IMG/VR virus record: IMGVR_UViG_2671180612_000001
Coordinates: 1-64,000 of that record
Direction: 5' to 3' (one strand)
DNA length: 64,000 bases
From: a virus
Taxonomy: Duplodnaviria; Caudoviricetes
Shown here: piece by piece, positions 40,509 to 49,699 of the stretch
How the letters are laid out: each line of letters opens with the position of its first letter
Numbering within the stretch: the first letter of the stretch is position 1
Position numbers and translations under genes: made by a program
Notes under the pieces: model-generated
Databases searched by the model: none
Seen by the model: only the letters and a program-made list of their open reading frames with translations
Told to the model about the DNA's origin: nothing

Positions 40509-40727
40509 ATGGGCGAGATCACCGGCAAGCGCCGCTACCGCACCCAACGTCGCTGGTTCCGATCGGACATGCTCGTCCTTCAGGTCGAGTTCCACGACGT
40601 CTCCTACATCGGCCGGTCGATTGAGCCGTGCCTGTCGTGGCGCGACGCACGCGTCGAAGACCTGATGACGATCGAGGCGAGCCACCGGCCGTTCCCGATC
40701 GCGAAATCTCGAAATCCGGAAAGCTAG
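40509..40727 (+). CDS. Hypothetical protein
   Basis: GAGG RBS; LVLQVE...WRDARVEDL motif. Confidence 0.6.
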   Translation: MGEITGKRRYRTQRRWFRSDMLVLQVEFHDVSYIGRSIEPCLSWRDARVEDLMTIEASHRPFPIAKSRNPES

Positions 40728-40731
40728 ATCC

Positions 40732-40905
40732 ATGGCAGAGCTAAGCGCAGGCAAGCTCGGCGTCGCCGTCGTCCACCTCAAGATGGCGCGCGACTTCCTC
40801 GAAGAAGGCGGCGCCGGCCAGAAGACGCGCGACCAGGTGCGAAAGGCGCTCAAGAGCGTCGAGAAGCTTCACGGTCAGGCGAAGAAGGAAGAGGCGCGCG
40901 GATGA
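40732..40905 (+). CDS. Hypothetical protein (57 aa, not in the ORF track)
   Basis: MAELSAGKLG...KKEEARG; stop overlaps the RNase H start. Confidence 0.5.
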   Translation: MAELSAGKLGVAVVHLKMARDFLEEGGAGQKTRDQVRKALKSVEKLHGQAKKEEARG

Positions 40906-41339
40906 CGATCGAGGTCTACACCGACGGCGGCTGCTCGCCCAATCCCGGCCCCGGCGGCTGGGGAGCGGTGATGCGCTGGAAGGGCCACGAGAAGGAGCTC
41001 TCGGGCGGCGAGCACGACACCACGAACAACCGCATGGAGCTGACGGCCGTCATCAAGGCGCTGGAAGCCGTCACACGGCCCGGCGTGCCGATCGAGGTCT
41101 ACACGGACAGCCAGTATGTGCGGAACGGCATCCAGAGCTGGACGAAGGCGTGGATCAAGAACGGCTGGCGCAAGAAGGACAAGAGCCCGGTCCAGAACGC
41201 GGATCTGTGGAAGCGCCTGGTCGAGCTGACCAAGGTCCATCAGGTCCATTTCAATTGGGTGCGCGGTCACGCCGGCAACCCGATGAACGAGCGGGCCGAC
41301 CGGCTGTCGCATCGCGACCGCCCTCGCCTCACCGCCTAG
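40902..41339 (+). CDS. rnhA: Ribonuclease HI
   Basis: YTDGGCSPNPGPGGWG; TNNRMEL; TDSQYV; WVRGHAGNPMNERADRL. Confidence 0.95.
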   Translation: MTIEVYTDGGCSPNPGPGGWGAVMRWKGHEKELSGGEHDTTNNRMELTAVIKALEAVTRPGVPIEVYTDSQYVRNGIQSWTKAWIKNGWRKKDKSPVQNADLWKRLVELTKVHQVHFNWVRGHAGNPMNERADRLSHRDRPRLTA

Positions 41340-41455
41340 ATTTCCGGAAATCCAACATTCGCGATTGCTCGCTTTCCTGATCGTCCCTCCCGCATTCCAG
41401 CGCGAGCGATGCGATAAGTAAGCAGTTGCTTTAGAGCGTCAGGAGACAAAATCAG

Positions 41456-42004
41456 ATGACGAACGACACGAACGCGAACGCCGCCGAGACCGAGTTCGAG
41501 GTCACGGTCGCGGCCGACTACCGGCTCTTCGCGACGACGAAGGTCAAGGCGCCGAGCAAGGAAGCAGCCCTTGAGATTCTCAAGCGCCAGGCCGCGGCGA
41601 AGGTGAATTTCATCGCGGCCGACATGCCCGACTGGCGCTTCGGCGACGGCGAGCTGATCGGCGGGATCACGCTCGTCGCGATGGATCACCAGGAGGAGAC
41701 CGTCCTCGAAGACGTGGAGCTCCTGGACGAGGACGCCGGCCGGGCGAGCTTCGAGCAGCTTCAGAGCATGGTGGACACGATCGCCGGCCTGAAGTCCTCG
41801 CACGACCTCATCCGCTACCCGCTGACCGATGACGAGCCGGCCGAGCTCGCCATCATCGCCGAGCAGCACGAGCACGACACCGGCGACGGCCTCGATCTCC
41901 TCGACACGCTGATCGTCGAGGCGCGCAAGTTCTCGATCGTCCGGCCGGATGGCTACGGCGGTCCTGCGGACTTCGAGGAGCCCGAGGCCGAAACCACGAG
42001 CTGA
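41456..42004 (+). CDS. Acidic hypothetical protein
   Basis: AGGAG RBS; operator at 41416-41431. Confidence 0.65.
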   Translation: MTNDTNANAAETEFEVTVAADYRLFATTKVKAPSKEAALEILKRQAAAKVNFIAADMPDWRFGDGELIGGITLVAMDHQEETVLEDVELLDEDAGRASFEQLQSMVDTIAGLKSSHDLIRYPLTDDEPAELAIIAEQHEHDTGDGLDLLDTLIVEARKFSIVRPDGYGGPADFEEPEAETTS

Positions 42005-42053
42005 CAGTTCGAAATCCATCAATCCGGAAATCTCGAAATCTGGAAATCGCGAA

Positions 42054-43610
42054 ATGAACGCCATTGTCCCGCGCGCGACGATCGAGGAGATCGTCGGCCA
42101 CCGTAACCGAGCGGTCGCGCTCTACACCGACGCCTACGAGCAGGCGGTGCTCGCCGACGATCTCGTCAAGAAGGCGCGCGAGGCGTGGTCCGCGGCGGCT
42201 CCCTCGCGCACTGCCTATCACGGCCAGCACGAAGAGGTTGCCGCCTTCAACGCGCTCGTCTCCATCCCGGACATGAGCCAATACGTCCGCACGGCGACCA
42301 GGCTGATCGACGCCGGCATCTGGGCGTCCATCATCGAGCGCACGGACCTCGAGCGCCTCATGGACAAGGAGGCCAAGGACAAGTTGCGCGAGCAGATGCG
42401 CTACGTCCCGGAGCGGGTCAGCCATCGCACCGGCGAGATCATCAACCAGGACGAGATCGACAAGGGCCTGCCGCCCGTCACCGTCGAGAACGTCGCGGCG
42501 ACCCTCGAGCACTTCATGCTGGACGCCGAGACGATCTGGCGCCGGGGCATCGCCAACGCCTTCGCCAAGCTCGACCGGCGCTTCCGCTCGCACGACGGCT
42601 GGAAGATCGGCTCGCGCGTGATCCTGACCCGCTGCTTCAACGATTGGGGCTCCTGGAGCTCCTATTCCAACGAGCGCGAGACCCTGATCGACATCGAGCG
42701 GATCTTCACGATCATGGACGAGGGCGTCACCAAGGCGACCTATGCGACGTCCATCGGGCAGATCGACCAGGAGCGCAAAGGCGTCCACGCGCCGGCGCAG
42801 ACCGAGGTCGACACGACCTACTTCAAGATCCGCATCTTCAAGAACGGGAACGCGCACCTCTGGATGAAGCGCGACGACCTAGTCGAGAAGGTGAACAAGC
42901 TGCTCGGCGAGTATTATGGCGACGCGATCGGCGACCACGAGAACGTGCCGACGGACGAGGACGTCCTCAACAACCCGAAGACCTCGCTCGCCAAGAATAT
43001 GGGCTTCTTCCCGACGCCCGTCGCGGTCGGCGAGCGCGCGATCGGCAACGCCAAGCTCTACGCCAACAAGGACGGCCCGCCGCTGCGCATCCTCGAGCCG
43101 TCGGCAGGCGAGGGGAACATCGCCAAGCTCCTGGCCCGGCCGCTGACGCTGGAGTCCAAGTGGGAGTGGGACGAGAAGGCGCGCGAGCGTGTCGAGATCG
43201 TGCTGGCGTCGCAAAAGCCCATCGTCCATGTCGTCGAGCTCCATCCCGGCCGGGCGAACGAGCTGAAAGGGCAGGGGCTCTACGAGAAGGTCGTCCAGAA
43301 CGACTTCCTCCTGGTGCAGCCGCACCCGTCCGCGCTCTACGACCGGATCGTCATGAACCCGCCGTTCGACCGGGATCGCGACATCGATCACGTCTACCAC
43401 GCGCTCAAGTTCCTCAAGGAGGACGGGATCCTCGTCTCGGTCATGTCGGCCGGCGTCGAGTTCCGGACCACGAAGAAGGCGATCGCGTTCCGGGAGCTCG
43501 TCGAGAAGCGGGGAGGGTGGTTCGAGGATCTGCCCGACCGCTCATTCGCCGAGAGCGGGACCAACATCAACACGGTGCTTTGCATCATCGGTCGCAAGAC
43601 CCGTTGGTAG
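42054..43610 (+). CDS. DUF4942-like domain fused to an N6-adenine DNA methyltransferase
   Basis: YFKIRIFKNGNAHL; FFPTP; motif I ILEPSAGEG; motif IV MNPPF. Confidence 0.85.
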   Translation: MNAIVPRATIEEIVGHRNRAVALYTDAYEQAVLADDLVKKAREAWSAAAPSRTAYHGQHEEVAAFNALVSIPDMSQYVRTATRLIDAGIWASIIERTDLERLMDKEAKDKLREQMRYVPERVSHRTGEIINQDEIDKGLPPVTVENVAATLEHFMLDAETIWRRGIANAFAKLDRRFRSHDGWKIGSRVILTRCFNDWGSWSSYSNERETLIDIERIFTIMDEGVTKATYATSIGQIDQERKGVHAPAQTEVDTTYFKIRIFKNGNAHLWMKRDDLVEKVNKLLGEYYGDAIGDHENVPTDEDVLNNPKTSLAKNMGFFPTPVAVGERAIGNAKLYANKDGPPLRILEPSAGEGNIAKLLARPLTLESKWEWDEKARERVEIVLASQKPIVHVVELHPGRANELKGQGLYEKVVQNDFLLVQPHPSALYDRIVMNPPFDRDRDIDHVYHALKFLKEDGILVSVMSAGVEFRTTKKAIAFRELVEKRGGWFEDLPDRSFAESGTNINTVLCIIGRKTRW

Positions 43611-43731
43611 ACGGCGCATCCCGATTTCGCGATTTCCAATTTTCCGGATTTCGCGAAATCGTGACCGAAAGTAAGCGCTTGCTTTACGCAGGCGAATCCA
43701 TCATCCACCCCGATCGTAAGGAGACCCGCCC

Positions 43732-44226
43732 ATGCACTTTCTCGCCCGCCTCTGGGATCAGATGACCGATACAGCGACGCGCCGCGTTCTGCTCGTCTTC
43801 TGCACCTTCCTCGGACCCGTGTTCTGGTTCCTCGAGGACGGCACGGTGCGGCCCTACTGGTCGTATAGCCATCGCACCTCGAACTCGATCGCGGAGATCC
43901 TGACGCCCGGCGCGATGATGCTGGCTGTTCTCGCCGTCTTCGCGCTCCTCGAACTCCTCAATCTCACGCAGAGCCGCTGGAAGGACCGATCGTTCGTGCT
44001 GGGCTTTGCGGCGTCAGCGATCTTCGTCCTCTACATGACCTTCTCCTATCGCTTCGCCCAACCGTGGGCCTACAGCCGCCTCGACTTCGACGACTGGCTG
44101 GAAATGCTCCGTCAGTCGCACCTGATCGTGACGGTCGGCGTCCTCGGCCTGTGGGGCACCTGGCTCGTCGCGGTCGTGTGTTGGCGCTTTATGTTCGGCA
44201 AGCGCTCCGTCGAGCAGCGCTCCTGA
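43732..44226 (+). CDS. Multi-pass membrane protein (paralog 1)
   Basis: About 4 hydrophobic helices; LWDQMTDTATRR; operator at 43669-43684. Confidence 0.7.
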   Translation: MHFLARLWDQMTDTATRRVLLVFCTFLGPVFWFLEDGTVRPYWSYSHRTSNSIAEILTPGAMMLAVLAVFALLELLNLTQSRWKDRSFVLGFAASAIFVLYMTFSYRFAQPWAYSRLDFDDWLEMLRQSHLIVTVGVLGLWGTWLVAVVCWRFMFGKRSVEQRS

Positions 44227-44711
44227 TGGGCGCTTCCCCGACGCTCTGGGCGCAGATGACCGACACGGTCCTGCGGCGCCTTCTTCTCCTCGCGGCCGTC
44301 CTCATCGGGCCGGCCGTCTTTATCCAGGGCGAGATCATGATCGCCAACAACCCGGACCCGGTTGGCTTCACCACGCACAACCTTCCGCTCATTCGCGTGC
44401 TTGCGCCGATCCCGGCGATGCTTGTCATCCTCGCCACCTGGGCGACGCTCGAGCGCCGAGGCTTCATTCGCGGGCGCTGGAAGGACTGGTTCTTCACGGC
44501 GGCTCTCGTCTCGACGGCCTACCTTCGCGTGAGGGAACACGTCTTCCCGTATGACGCCTGGGACGAGGCCCTGTTTCAGGTGCTCCGCACCTTCGAGAAG
44601 GTGATGAGCAGCCATATGGGTCTCTGGCTCTTCCTGCTCGTCGTCCTCGCCACCTGGCGCTGGGTGTTCGGAAAGCGCGAAACCGCGAAAGCTGGAAATC
44701 CGGAAATCTAG
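44226..44711 (+). CDS. Multi-pass membrane protein (paralog 2)
   Basis: LWAQMTDTVLRR; RWKD; WRWVFGKR shared with paralog 1. Confidence 0.7.
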   Translation: MGASPTLWAQMTDTVLRRLLLLAAVLIGPAVFIQGEIMIANNPDPVGFTTHNLPLIRVLAPIPAMLVILATWATLERRGFIRGRWKDWFFTAALVSTAYLRVREHVFPYDAWDEALFQVLRTFEKVMSSHMGLWLFLLVVLATWRWVFGKRETAKAGNPEI

Positions 44712-44718
44712 AAATCCA
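44671..44718. repeat. 8-bp phased GAAANCNN array (6 units)
   Basis: GAAAGCGC GAAACCGC GAAAGCTG GAAATCCG GAAATCTA GAAATCCA. Confidence 0.8.
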
Positions 44719-44888
44719 CACAGAAGCTCGCTGACGCGCGTTCTGGCCGGGAGCGCAGGGTTTCACCTGCGACCCTCACGGATCGCGTCAGCGGCCAAGC
44801 CTGACGGTCAGAGAGCGCGCCAGAGCGCGCCTCCCGCAATCCAACGCTCGAACTGCGAGAGTGAAATCTCAAAACGCAGCAAGAGAGC

Positions 44889-45173
44889 GTGCAGATGGGA
44901 ATTTGCTACAGCGAGGATCGTGTCGCAGGCGGGACCGCAACGCCCGTGGGCACCTGGGACGGCACGAAGCACTACCTCAAGCACTACGCGAACTCGCTCT
45001 ACCTCGCCTTCATCGCGAAGAGCACCAAGGACGGCGCCGAGCGGCGCCAGGCAGAGTCCGAACTCGCGATCGCCGAGCGCAAGATGGCGTATTGGCGCCG
45101 ACATCCGAACTACGTCCAGGCTGACGCCCTCAAGGGGATCGCCGACCTCAAGAAGCAATGGAACCTCGCATGA
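44889..45173 (+). CDS. Hypothetical protein
   Basis: ORF coupled to the next gene. Confidence 0.6.
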   Translation: MQMGICYSEDRVAGGTATPVGTWDGTKHYLKHYANSLYLAFIAKSTKDGAERRQAESELAIAERKMAYWRRHPNYVQADALKGIADLKKQWNLA

Positions 45174-45511
45174 GCGGCATCGCGCGCAAACACCGGACGG
45201 TCTCGCTCAAGAAGCGGGGCCAGGCGCTCGTTCGCCAGCTCGAGGAGCAGGATCGCCGGGCCGCAGAAGAGCGCACGCGCCAGATGGACGAACTCTATGG
45301 GCCGAAGGGCGAGAAGGGAGGGCGCTGCAACCGCACCGCCTGCCAGCGTCCGCTCAAGGGGTCGTCCAACTGGTCGATGCGCAACTTCATGGTCGAGGGC
45401 GGTCGGCTCTACTACTGCGACCCGTGCGCCGAAGATTTCACCGCCTGGGACAAACGCTCGGGCGATCCCATTCGGTGCGAAATTATCGAAGCCGATCGGG
45501 TGGACCCGTAA
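45170..45511 (+). CDS. Hypothetical protein with Cys motifs
   Basis: KGEKGGRCNRTACQ...YYCDPCA. Confidence 0.65.
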   Translation: MSGIARKHRTVSLKKRGQALVRQLEEQDRRAAEERTRQMDELYGPKGEKGGRCNRTACQRPLKGSSNWSMRNFMVEGGRLYYCDPCAEDFTAWDKRSGDPIRCEIIEADRVDP

Positions 45512-45577
45512 GTAAGGGTTCGCTTATAAGTTGCTCGATCACGGCGGAAATCAGACTGAAATACGAGGAGACGCCCC

Positions 45578-45841
45578 ATGAACGCCCTAATGATGACCGT
45601 GCAGCTTCTCGCGGCTGACCCGTGGGTGGATGTCGGCCGGCCGATGGTCGTTCCGGTCCCGATCTGCCGGGAGAGCGCGGCGCGCGCGGCGCGCAACATC
45701 GAGCCGGGGAAATCGACGCGCGCAGGCGTGGCGATCATCCGCGAGCAGGTGGTCTGCACCCTCATCAACGAACGCGACATCGAGGACTACACCAAGAGCT
45801 ACGAGCGGGCCGAGGAGATCAACAAGGAGCGCGGCTGGTAA
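45578..45841 (+). CDS. Hypothetical protein
   Basis: GAGGAG RBS. Confidence 0.55.
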   Translation: MNALMMTVQLLAADPWVDVGRPMVVPVPICRESAARAARNIEPGKSTRAGVAIIREQVVCTLINERDIEDYTKSYERAEEINKERGW

Positions 45842-46176
45842 TGCAGGAAGCCACGATCGCGCGCCTCACCGCCATCAACAACGTGCTCGTGGAATATGGA
45901 CTGGAGATGCCGTCCCCTCCGCTCAAGGTCTTCCTCGAGGTCGCCGAGAAGCCGGGGATCACGCATCGCGACATCGTGGAGCGCACGGGCATTCCCGGCG
46001 CGTCGGTCAGCCGATACGTGTCCATCTTGAGCAATGGAATGACCTGGGGCGGCGCCGGCGCGCTGGATCTGGTCGAAGCTGCGCCCGATCCGAACAATCG
46101 TCGCTCGCAGCTTGTGAAGCCGACCGAGAAGGGTCAGGCGCTCATGAAGCGGCTCGGCGAGATTCTGGAGGCGTGA
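45841..46176 (+). CDS. MarR-like winged-helix protein
   Basis: PGITHRDIVERTGIPGASVSRYV; DPNNRRSQLVKPTEKG. Confidence 0.8.
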   Translation: MQEATIARLTAINNVLVEYGLEMPSPPLKVFLEVAEKPGITHRDIVERTGIPGASVSRYVSILSNGMTWGGAGALDLVEAAPDPNNRRSQLVKPTEKGQALMKRLGEILEA

Positions 46177-46382
46177 TGGATCAGACAACGGTGAATGCCG
46201 CGGCCGATCTCTTCGACATTCTGGAGAGGGAAGGGGTCTCGGAAGAGGCCCAGGGCGCGATCAAGCGCTTGCGCGAGGCTCTGCTCGCCGATGGCATCGA
46301 TTTCGTTGACGAGGAGGATAGAGACCACGGGTCGACGCTCGACCTGACCCGGCTCCACCCTCCAAGCCGGTCGAGTCAGTAG
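46176..46382 (+). CDS. Hypothetical protein
   Basis: GGAGG RBS; TGATG overlap. Confidence 0.5.
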   Translation: MDQTTVNAAADLFDILEREGVSEEAQGAIKRLREALLADGIDFVDEEDRDHGSTLDLTRLHPPSRSSQ

Positions 46383-46612
46383 ATCGGCAGGTAGCGGGCG
46401 CCGTAGATCAGGACGTCGTTGCACACGTCCATAAGCTCGAAGGATCCAAGTTCCTCCGCGCGGTCCAGGTTGATCGCGATGTCGGCTTTGGTTGCGTATT
46501 CGAGGATAGCGTTCTCGATGACGTCCTTGAGTTCACCACGGACCTGGAAAAAATCGCGTGCCATTTTGCTGCCATGCCCTCTTGCTGCGGCGCTTGATAC
46601 GCTTGCCGCCAA
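46376..46612 (-). CDS. Hypothetical protein on the opposite strand (start may be downstream at MARDFF)
   Basis: Convergent with the upstream operon; preceded by an AT-rich divergent intergenic region. Confidence 0.45.
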   Translation of the reverse strand: MAASVSSAAARGHGSKMARDFFQVRGELKDVIENAILEYATKADIAINLDRAEELGSFELMDVCNDVLIYGARYLPIY

Positions 46613-46710
46613 CCAAATTCGATGCCTCGGTATGAGGGCTTCATAAAAGGTGAATTGACGCTCCGGTCAAGCAAAACTTTCCGTTTCGTCAATAGCTTGT
46701 GAACCGGCCC

Positions 46711-46725
46711 GTTCATCTACCGTTC
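46711..46725. promoter_or_regulatory. Putative alphaproteobacterial LexA box
   Basis: GTTC-ATCTACC-GTTC in a divergent intergenic region. Confidence 0.45.
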
Positions 46726-46921
46726 AGGTCCATCGCAATGGTCGGACCAATCGGTTTCTAGACTGGTGTGCGCCGTGCATGTCTTCTTCGCACTGCGCCC
46801 AAGTGACTGCGCCGTATCGAAAGAGATGCTCTGCCGCGGCTCACATAAATTCCAATCGTCGCTCTGCTATACTCTATGCAGCGCGATCACAACGACGCAG
46901 CACACACAATGGAGACACGAC

Positions 46922-47224
46922 TTGAACGACCAGAATGCCATTCTTTCGCCTGAAAATCTGCCGCACGACGCGGATCTGCTGGTGAAGGGCGACGCCGGGA
47001 TCATCATCAAGGAGGACGGCTCGTTCCGCGCGTTCTCAATCTCCGGTGGTGAGCCGGTTGATCCTGCGACCATGAGCGAAGGCAAGAAGCGCCAGGGCGC
47101 CATCATGCTCGCTCTCTCGCTCGCCGTGCAGACACCCGAGATCCTCAACATGCTCCTGGATCTGCTTTCCGATCCCGAAGTCGCGAACCAGGCGAAGGTG
47201 GTCGATTATGGGACTGCGCACTGA
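46922..47224 (+). CDS. Hypothetical protein
   Basis: TTG start after GGAG. Confidence 0.55.
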   Translation: MNDQNAILSPENLPHDADLLVKGDAGIIIKEDGSFRAFSISGGEPVDPATMSEGKKRQGAIMLALSLAVQTPEILNMLLDLLSDPEVANQAKVVDYGTAH

Positions 47225-47630
47225 ACTCCAGGCCGTCCTCGCTGCGCGCGACACGGTCGATCCCGACGAACTGATGGATCTGATCCGCGAGACGATCATC
47301 CAGGACGAGACCGCGATCGGCGAGCTCTTCCCAGATGACGTCTACTCGGTGACGATCCGCTGCAAGCGCACCGGGATCGGCATCCATCACCAGCTCGCCA
47401 AAGCGAACCGCGCCTCGACCGAGGCCAAGCGGAAGGCGCGCAACGACAAGTGGGCCGAGGTCGTCACCTACCTGACGTCGCACGGTCTTCTCGATTTGCC
47501 GCGTCGCGAGCAGGCGATCCGCCTGAACGCATCGAACATCAAGCCGCCAAAGGGCGACGCCTGGAACCGGGACAAGGTGCAGCGCTTGCTAGGCGCGTCC
47601 GAGGACGAATCTGGCTTGCCTGATAAGTAA
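47208..47630 (+). CDS. Hypothetical protein with recombinase-type C-terminal HTH-like motif
   Basis: AIRLNASNIKPPKGDAWNRDKVQRLL. Confidence 0.55.
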   Translation: MGLRTELQAVLAARDTVDPDELMDLIRETIIQDETAIGELFPDDVYSVTIRCKRTGIGIHHQLAKANRASTEAKRKARNDKWAEVVTYLTSHGLLDLPRREQAIRLNASNIKPPKGDAWNRDKVQRLLGASEDESGLPDK

Positions 47631-47650
47631 GCGTTCGTTTAAGGAAGACC

Positions 47651-47902
47651 ATGAACCGATACACCAGATCCAGGGCGCAGTTCGGCGCAGCCGTCTTTCT
47701 GTCTGCCATGCGTCGCGAGTGGGTGAAGCTTCATCCGGATCGCGAATGTCCGGTGAAGGCGCTCGACGCCTACGACGAGGACAGCCGGAATGCCCTGGTC
47801 TCGGCGTGCCTGTCGGTGATGAAGGCGTCAAAGCCCGAAAGCGATGTCGCCTACCTGGGCTTCATGTCCGAGCGCGAGGAGATGGCCGATGGAGCCGCAT
47901 AA
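47651..47902 (+). CDS. Hypothetical protein
   Basis: AAGGA RBS; operator-like site at 47625-47640. Confidence 0.6.
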   Translation: MNRYTRSRAQFGAAVFLSAMRREWVKLHPDRECPVKALDAYDEDSRNALVSACLSVMKASKPESDVAYLGFMSEREEMADGAA

Positions 47903-48275
47903 GTTCGCCAAGTTCGATCCGGACAACCCGCTCTTCCAGGAGAAGGCGTCCGAGATCATGGCGCAGGCCGTGGCCTCGATGGAATGGGACATGCACGCGG
48001 CTCTCATGGGTGTGCGGGCGGACACGATGGTCCGCGACTTCCTCGCGACCTCACGCCAGGGGGCCGAGGAGGAGGGCATGACGGAAGCCGAGACCGTCGA
48101 GCACCTCAAGGCCCACGTCCACGAATGGACGGACGACGACATGATCGCCGCGAAGGAGACCTTCTACGGCGACAGCGAGATCGAAACGGAGATCCGTGAG
48201 CGAATTCGCGCGGAGCGGCGCCGGCGCGAGATCGTTCGCGAATGCTCCGAGAACGAGAATTTCGGCATGTTCTGA
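47889..48275 (+). CDS. Hypothetical protein ending NENFGMF
   Basis: GAGGAG RBS. Confidence 0.6.
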   Translation: MEPHKFAKFDPDNPLFQEKASEIMAQAVASMEWDMHAALMGVRADTMVRDFLATSRQGAEEEGMTEAETVEHLKAHVHEWTDDDMIAAKETFYGDSEIETEIRERIRAERRRREIVRECSENENFGMF

Positions 48276-48333
48276 CCGATTTCGCTTGCCTCACATAGTA
48301 AGTAAACGCTTACTCACATCGAAAGGAACCGCC

Positions 48334-48582
48334 ATGACGCCCGCCGACCTCATCCGTAACGTCCAGATTCTCGGCCTCATCGCCATGGATCAGGGCTTTC
48401 TCGAAATCCGGGAAGACCGCACGCACTGCCGCCTCATCGTGAAGGTGCTCGGCGCGCGCATCCCGATCGCCACCTACCAGAAGCAGAAGGATCTGAATGC
48501 CGTCAGCAACGACCAGCCCGCAGCCGAACCCGCGACCGCGACCGCCCCGAAGCACGAGCCCCCTCGTCTTAGAATCGTATGA
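48334..48582 (+). CDS. Hypothetical protein
   Basis: AAAGGA RBS; operator at 48300-48315. Confidence 0.5.
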   Translation: MTPADLIRNVQILGLIAMDQGFLEIREDRTHCRLIVKVLGARIPIATYQKQKDLNAVSNDQPAAEPATATAPKHEPPRLRIV

Positions 48583-48853
48583 CGCCGACACGACCTTCGC
48601 CCGCGTCTTCATCGACGAAACGGCGTTGGTGAAGGGCCTGTCCGGCTACCTCGACGAGGCGATCGAGGTCTTCAAGAAGAACGTCCGGCCCGGCGACCTG
48701 CCACCTGGCTTCGGCCTGACGATCAAGACGCAGGACAAGGCCCTCTACGAGCGCGTCTCGATGGGCGTCTACGCCGAGATCTCCGAGCGGTTCATGCCGG
48801 TCGATCCGGACGAGCCCTGCGAGCTCCTCGAGGCGTTCTGCGCCACCCGCTAA
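48497..48853 (+). CDS. Hypothetical protein (start uncertain)
   Basis: Typical codon usage; overlaps the previous ORF. Confidence 0.5.
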   Translation: MPSATTSPQPNPRPRPPRSTSPLVLESYDADTTFARVFIDETALVKGLSGYLDEAIEVFKKNVRPGDLPPGFGLTIKTQDKALYERVSMGVYAEISERFMPVDPDEPCELLEAFCATR

Positions 48854-48903
48854 AACGAGACGCCTACGGGCGTCTCCCTTCCTCACGACGAAGGAGAGCG
48901 TCC

Positions 48904-49230
48904 GTGAAGCCCTTCCAGCAGGAGATCAATCTCCAGCAGCCGACCCTGGCGCTGGTGCGCGATCTCGTCCACGCCTTTCGCCTGTCGGACACGCCCGATG
49001 TCTCGAGCCGCCTCGAGCGCCTCGATGCCGACCAGACCGAGGCCATCCTCTATTCCAACGTCGTCCTGACGATCGCACGGGCGAACCTGCCCGACACGCT
49101 GGTCGTCCACGCGCTGCGCACCATCGCCGGCTCGTGCAAGGAGCGCCTCGACGCGCTAACGGCTGAATACGAGGAGAAGGTCGCCGGCGAGGTCTACTAC
49201 GCGACCCTCCCGACCTACGCGATGTTCTAG
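48904..49230 (+). CDS. Hypothetical protein ending LPTYAMF
   Basis: AAGGAG RBS. Confidence 0.6.
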   Translation: MKPFQQEINLQQPTLALVRDLVHAFRLSDTPDVSSRLERLDADQTEAILYSNVVLTIARANLPDTLVVHALRTIAGSCKERLDALTAEYEEKVAGEVYYATLPTYAMF

Positions 49231-49252
49231 AAATCCGGATTTCGCGATTTCC

Positions 49253-49621
49253 ATGGCCCTTTCCCTTCGCATGTCCGGCGTCGTCGACGTCCTGATCGAC
49301 CACGTCCTCGCCAACAACACGCAGCGCTTGGAGCTCGACGTGCGCCAGCTCGCGCCGCGCCAGCTCGCCAGCCTCAACGTCGAGGAGGAGGTCCGCGCCT
49401 ACGTCGTGTCTGTGAACCGCTCGGAGCACCCGAACTCGGTGGCGTCATCCATTCTCCAGGTAGCGGCCAAGGAGCGGGATCGACGGGAGGCCAGCGAAGA
49501 ACGCCGGCGCCGCAACCGCGAAGCCTTCGAGCGGGACAAGGCGATGCGCGCGGCCGAGGCCGCGATCGCAGCCAACGAGGTCACGACGGCGCAGTCGAAC
49601 GAGACGTTCGGCATCTTCTAA
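49253..49621 (+). CDS. Hypothetical protein ending NETFGIF
   Basis: Follows a GAAATC/GATTTC array. Confidence 0.6.
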   Translation: MALSLRMSGVVDVLIDHVLANNTQRLELDVRQLAPRQLASLNVEEEVRAYVVSVNRSEHPNSVASSILQVAAKERDRREASEERRRRNREAFERDKAMRAAEAAIAANEVTTAQSNETFGIF

Positions 49622-49699
49622 ACGCCGCGCTCTCCCGCGTGTAATCCACTGATATTACTGAGATATTTGATTATCGAAGCGACACAGAGAGACGACGAC

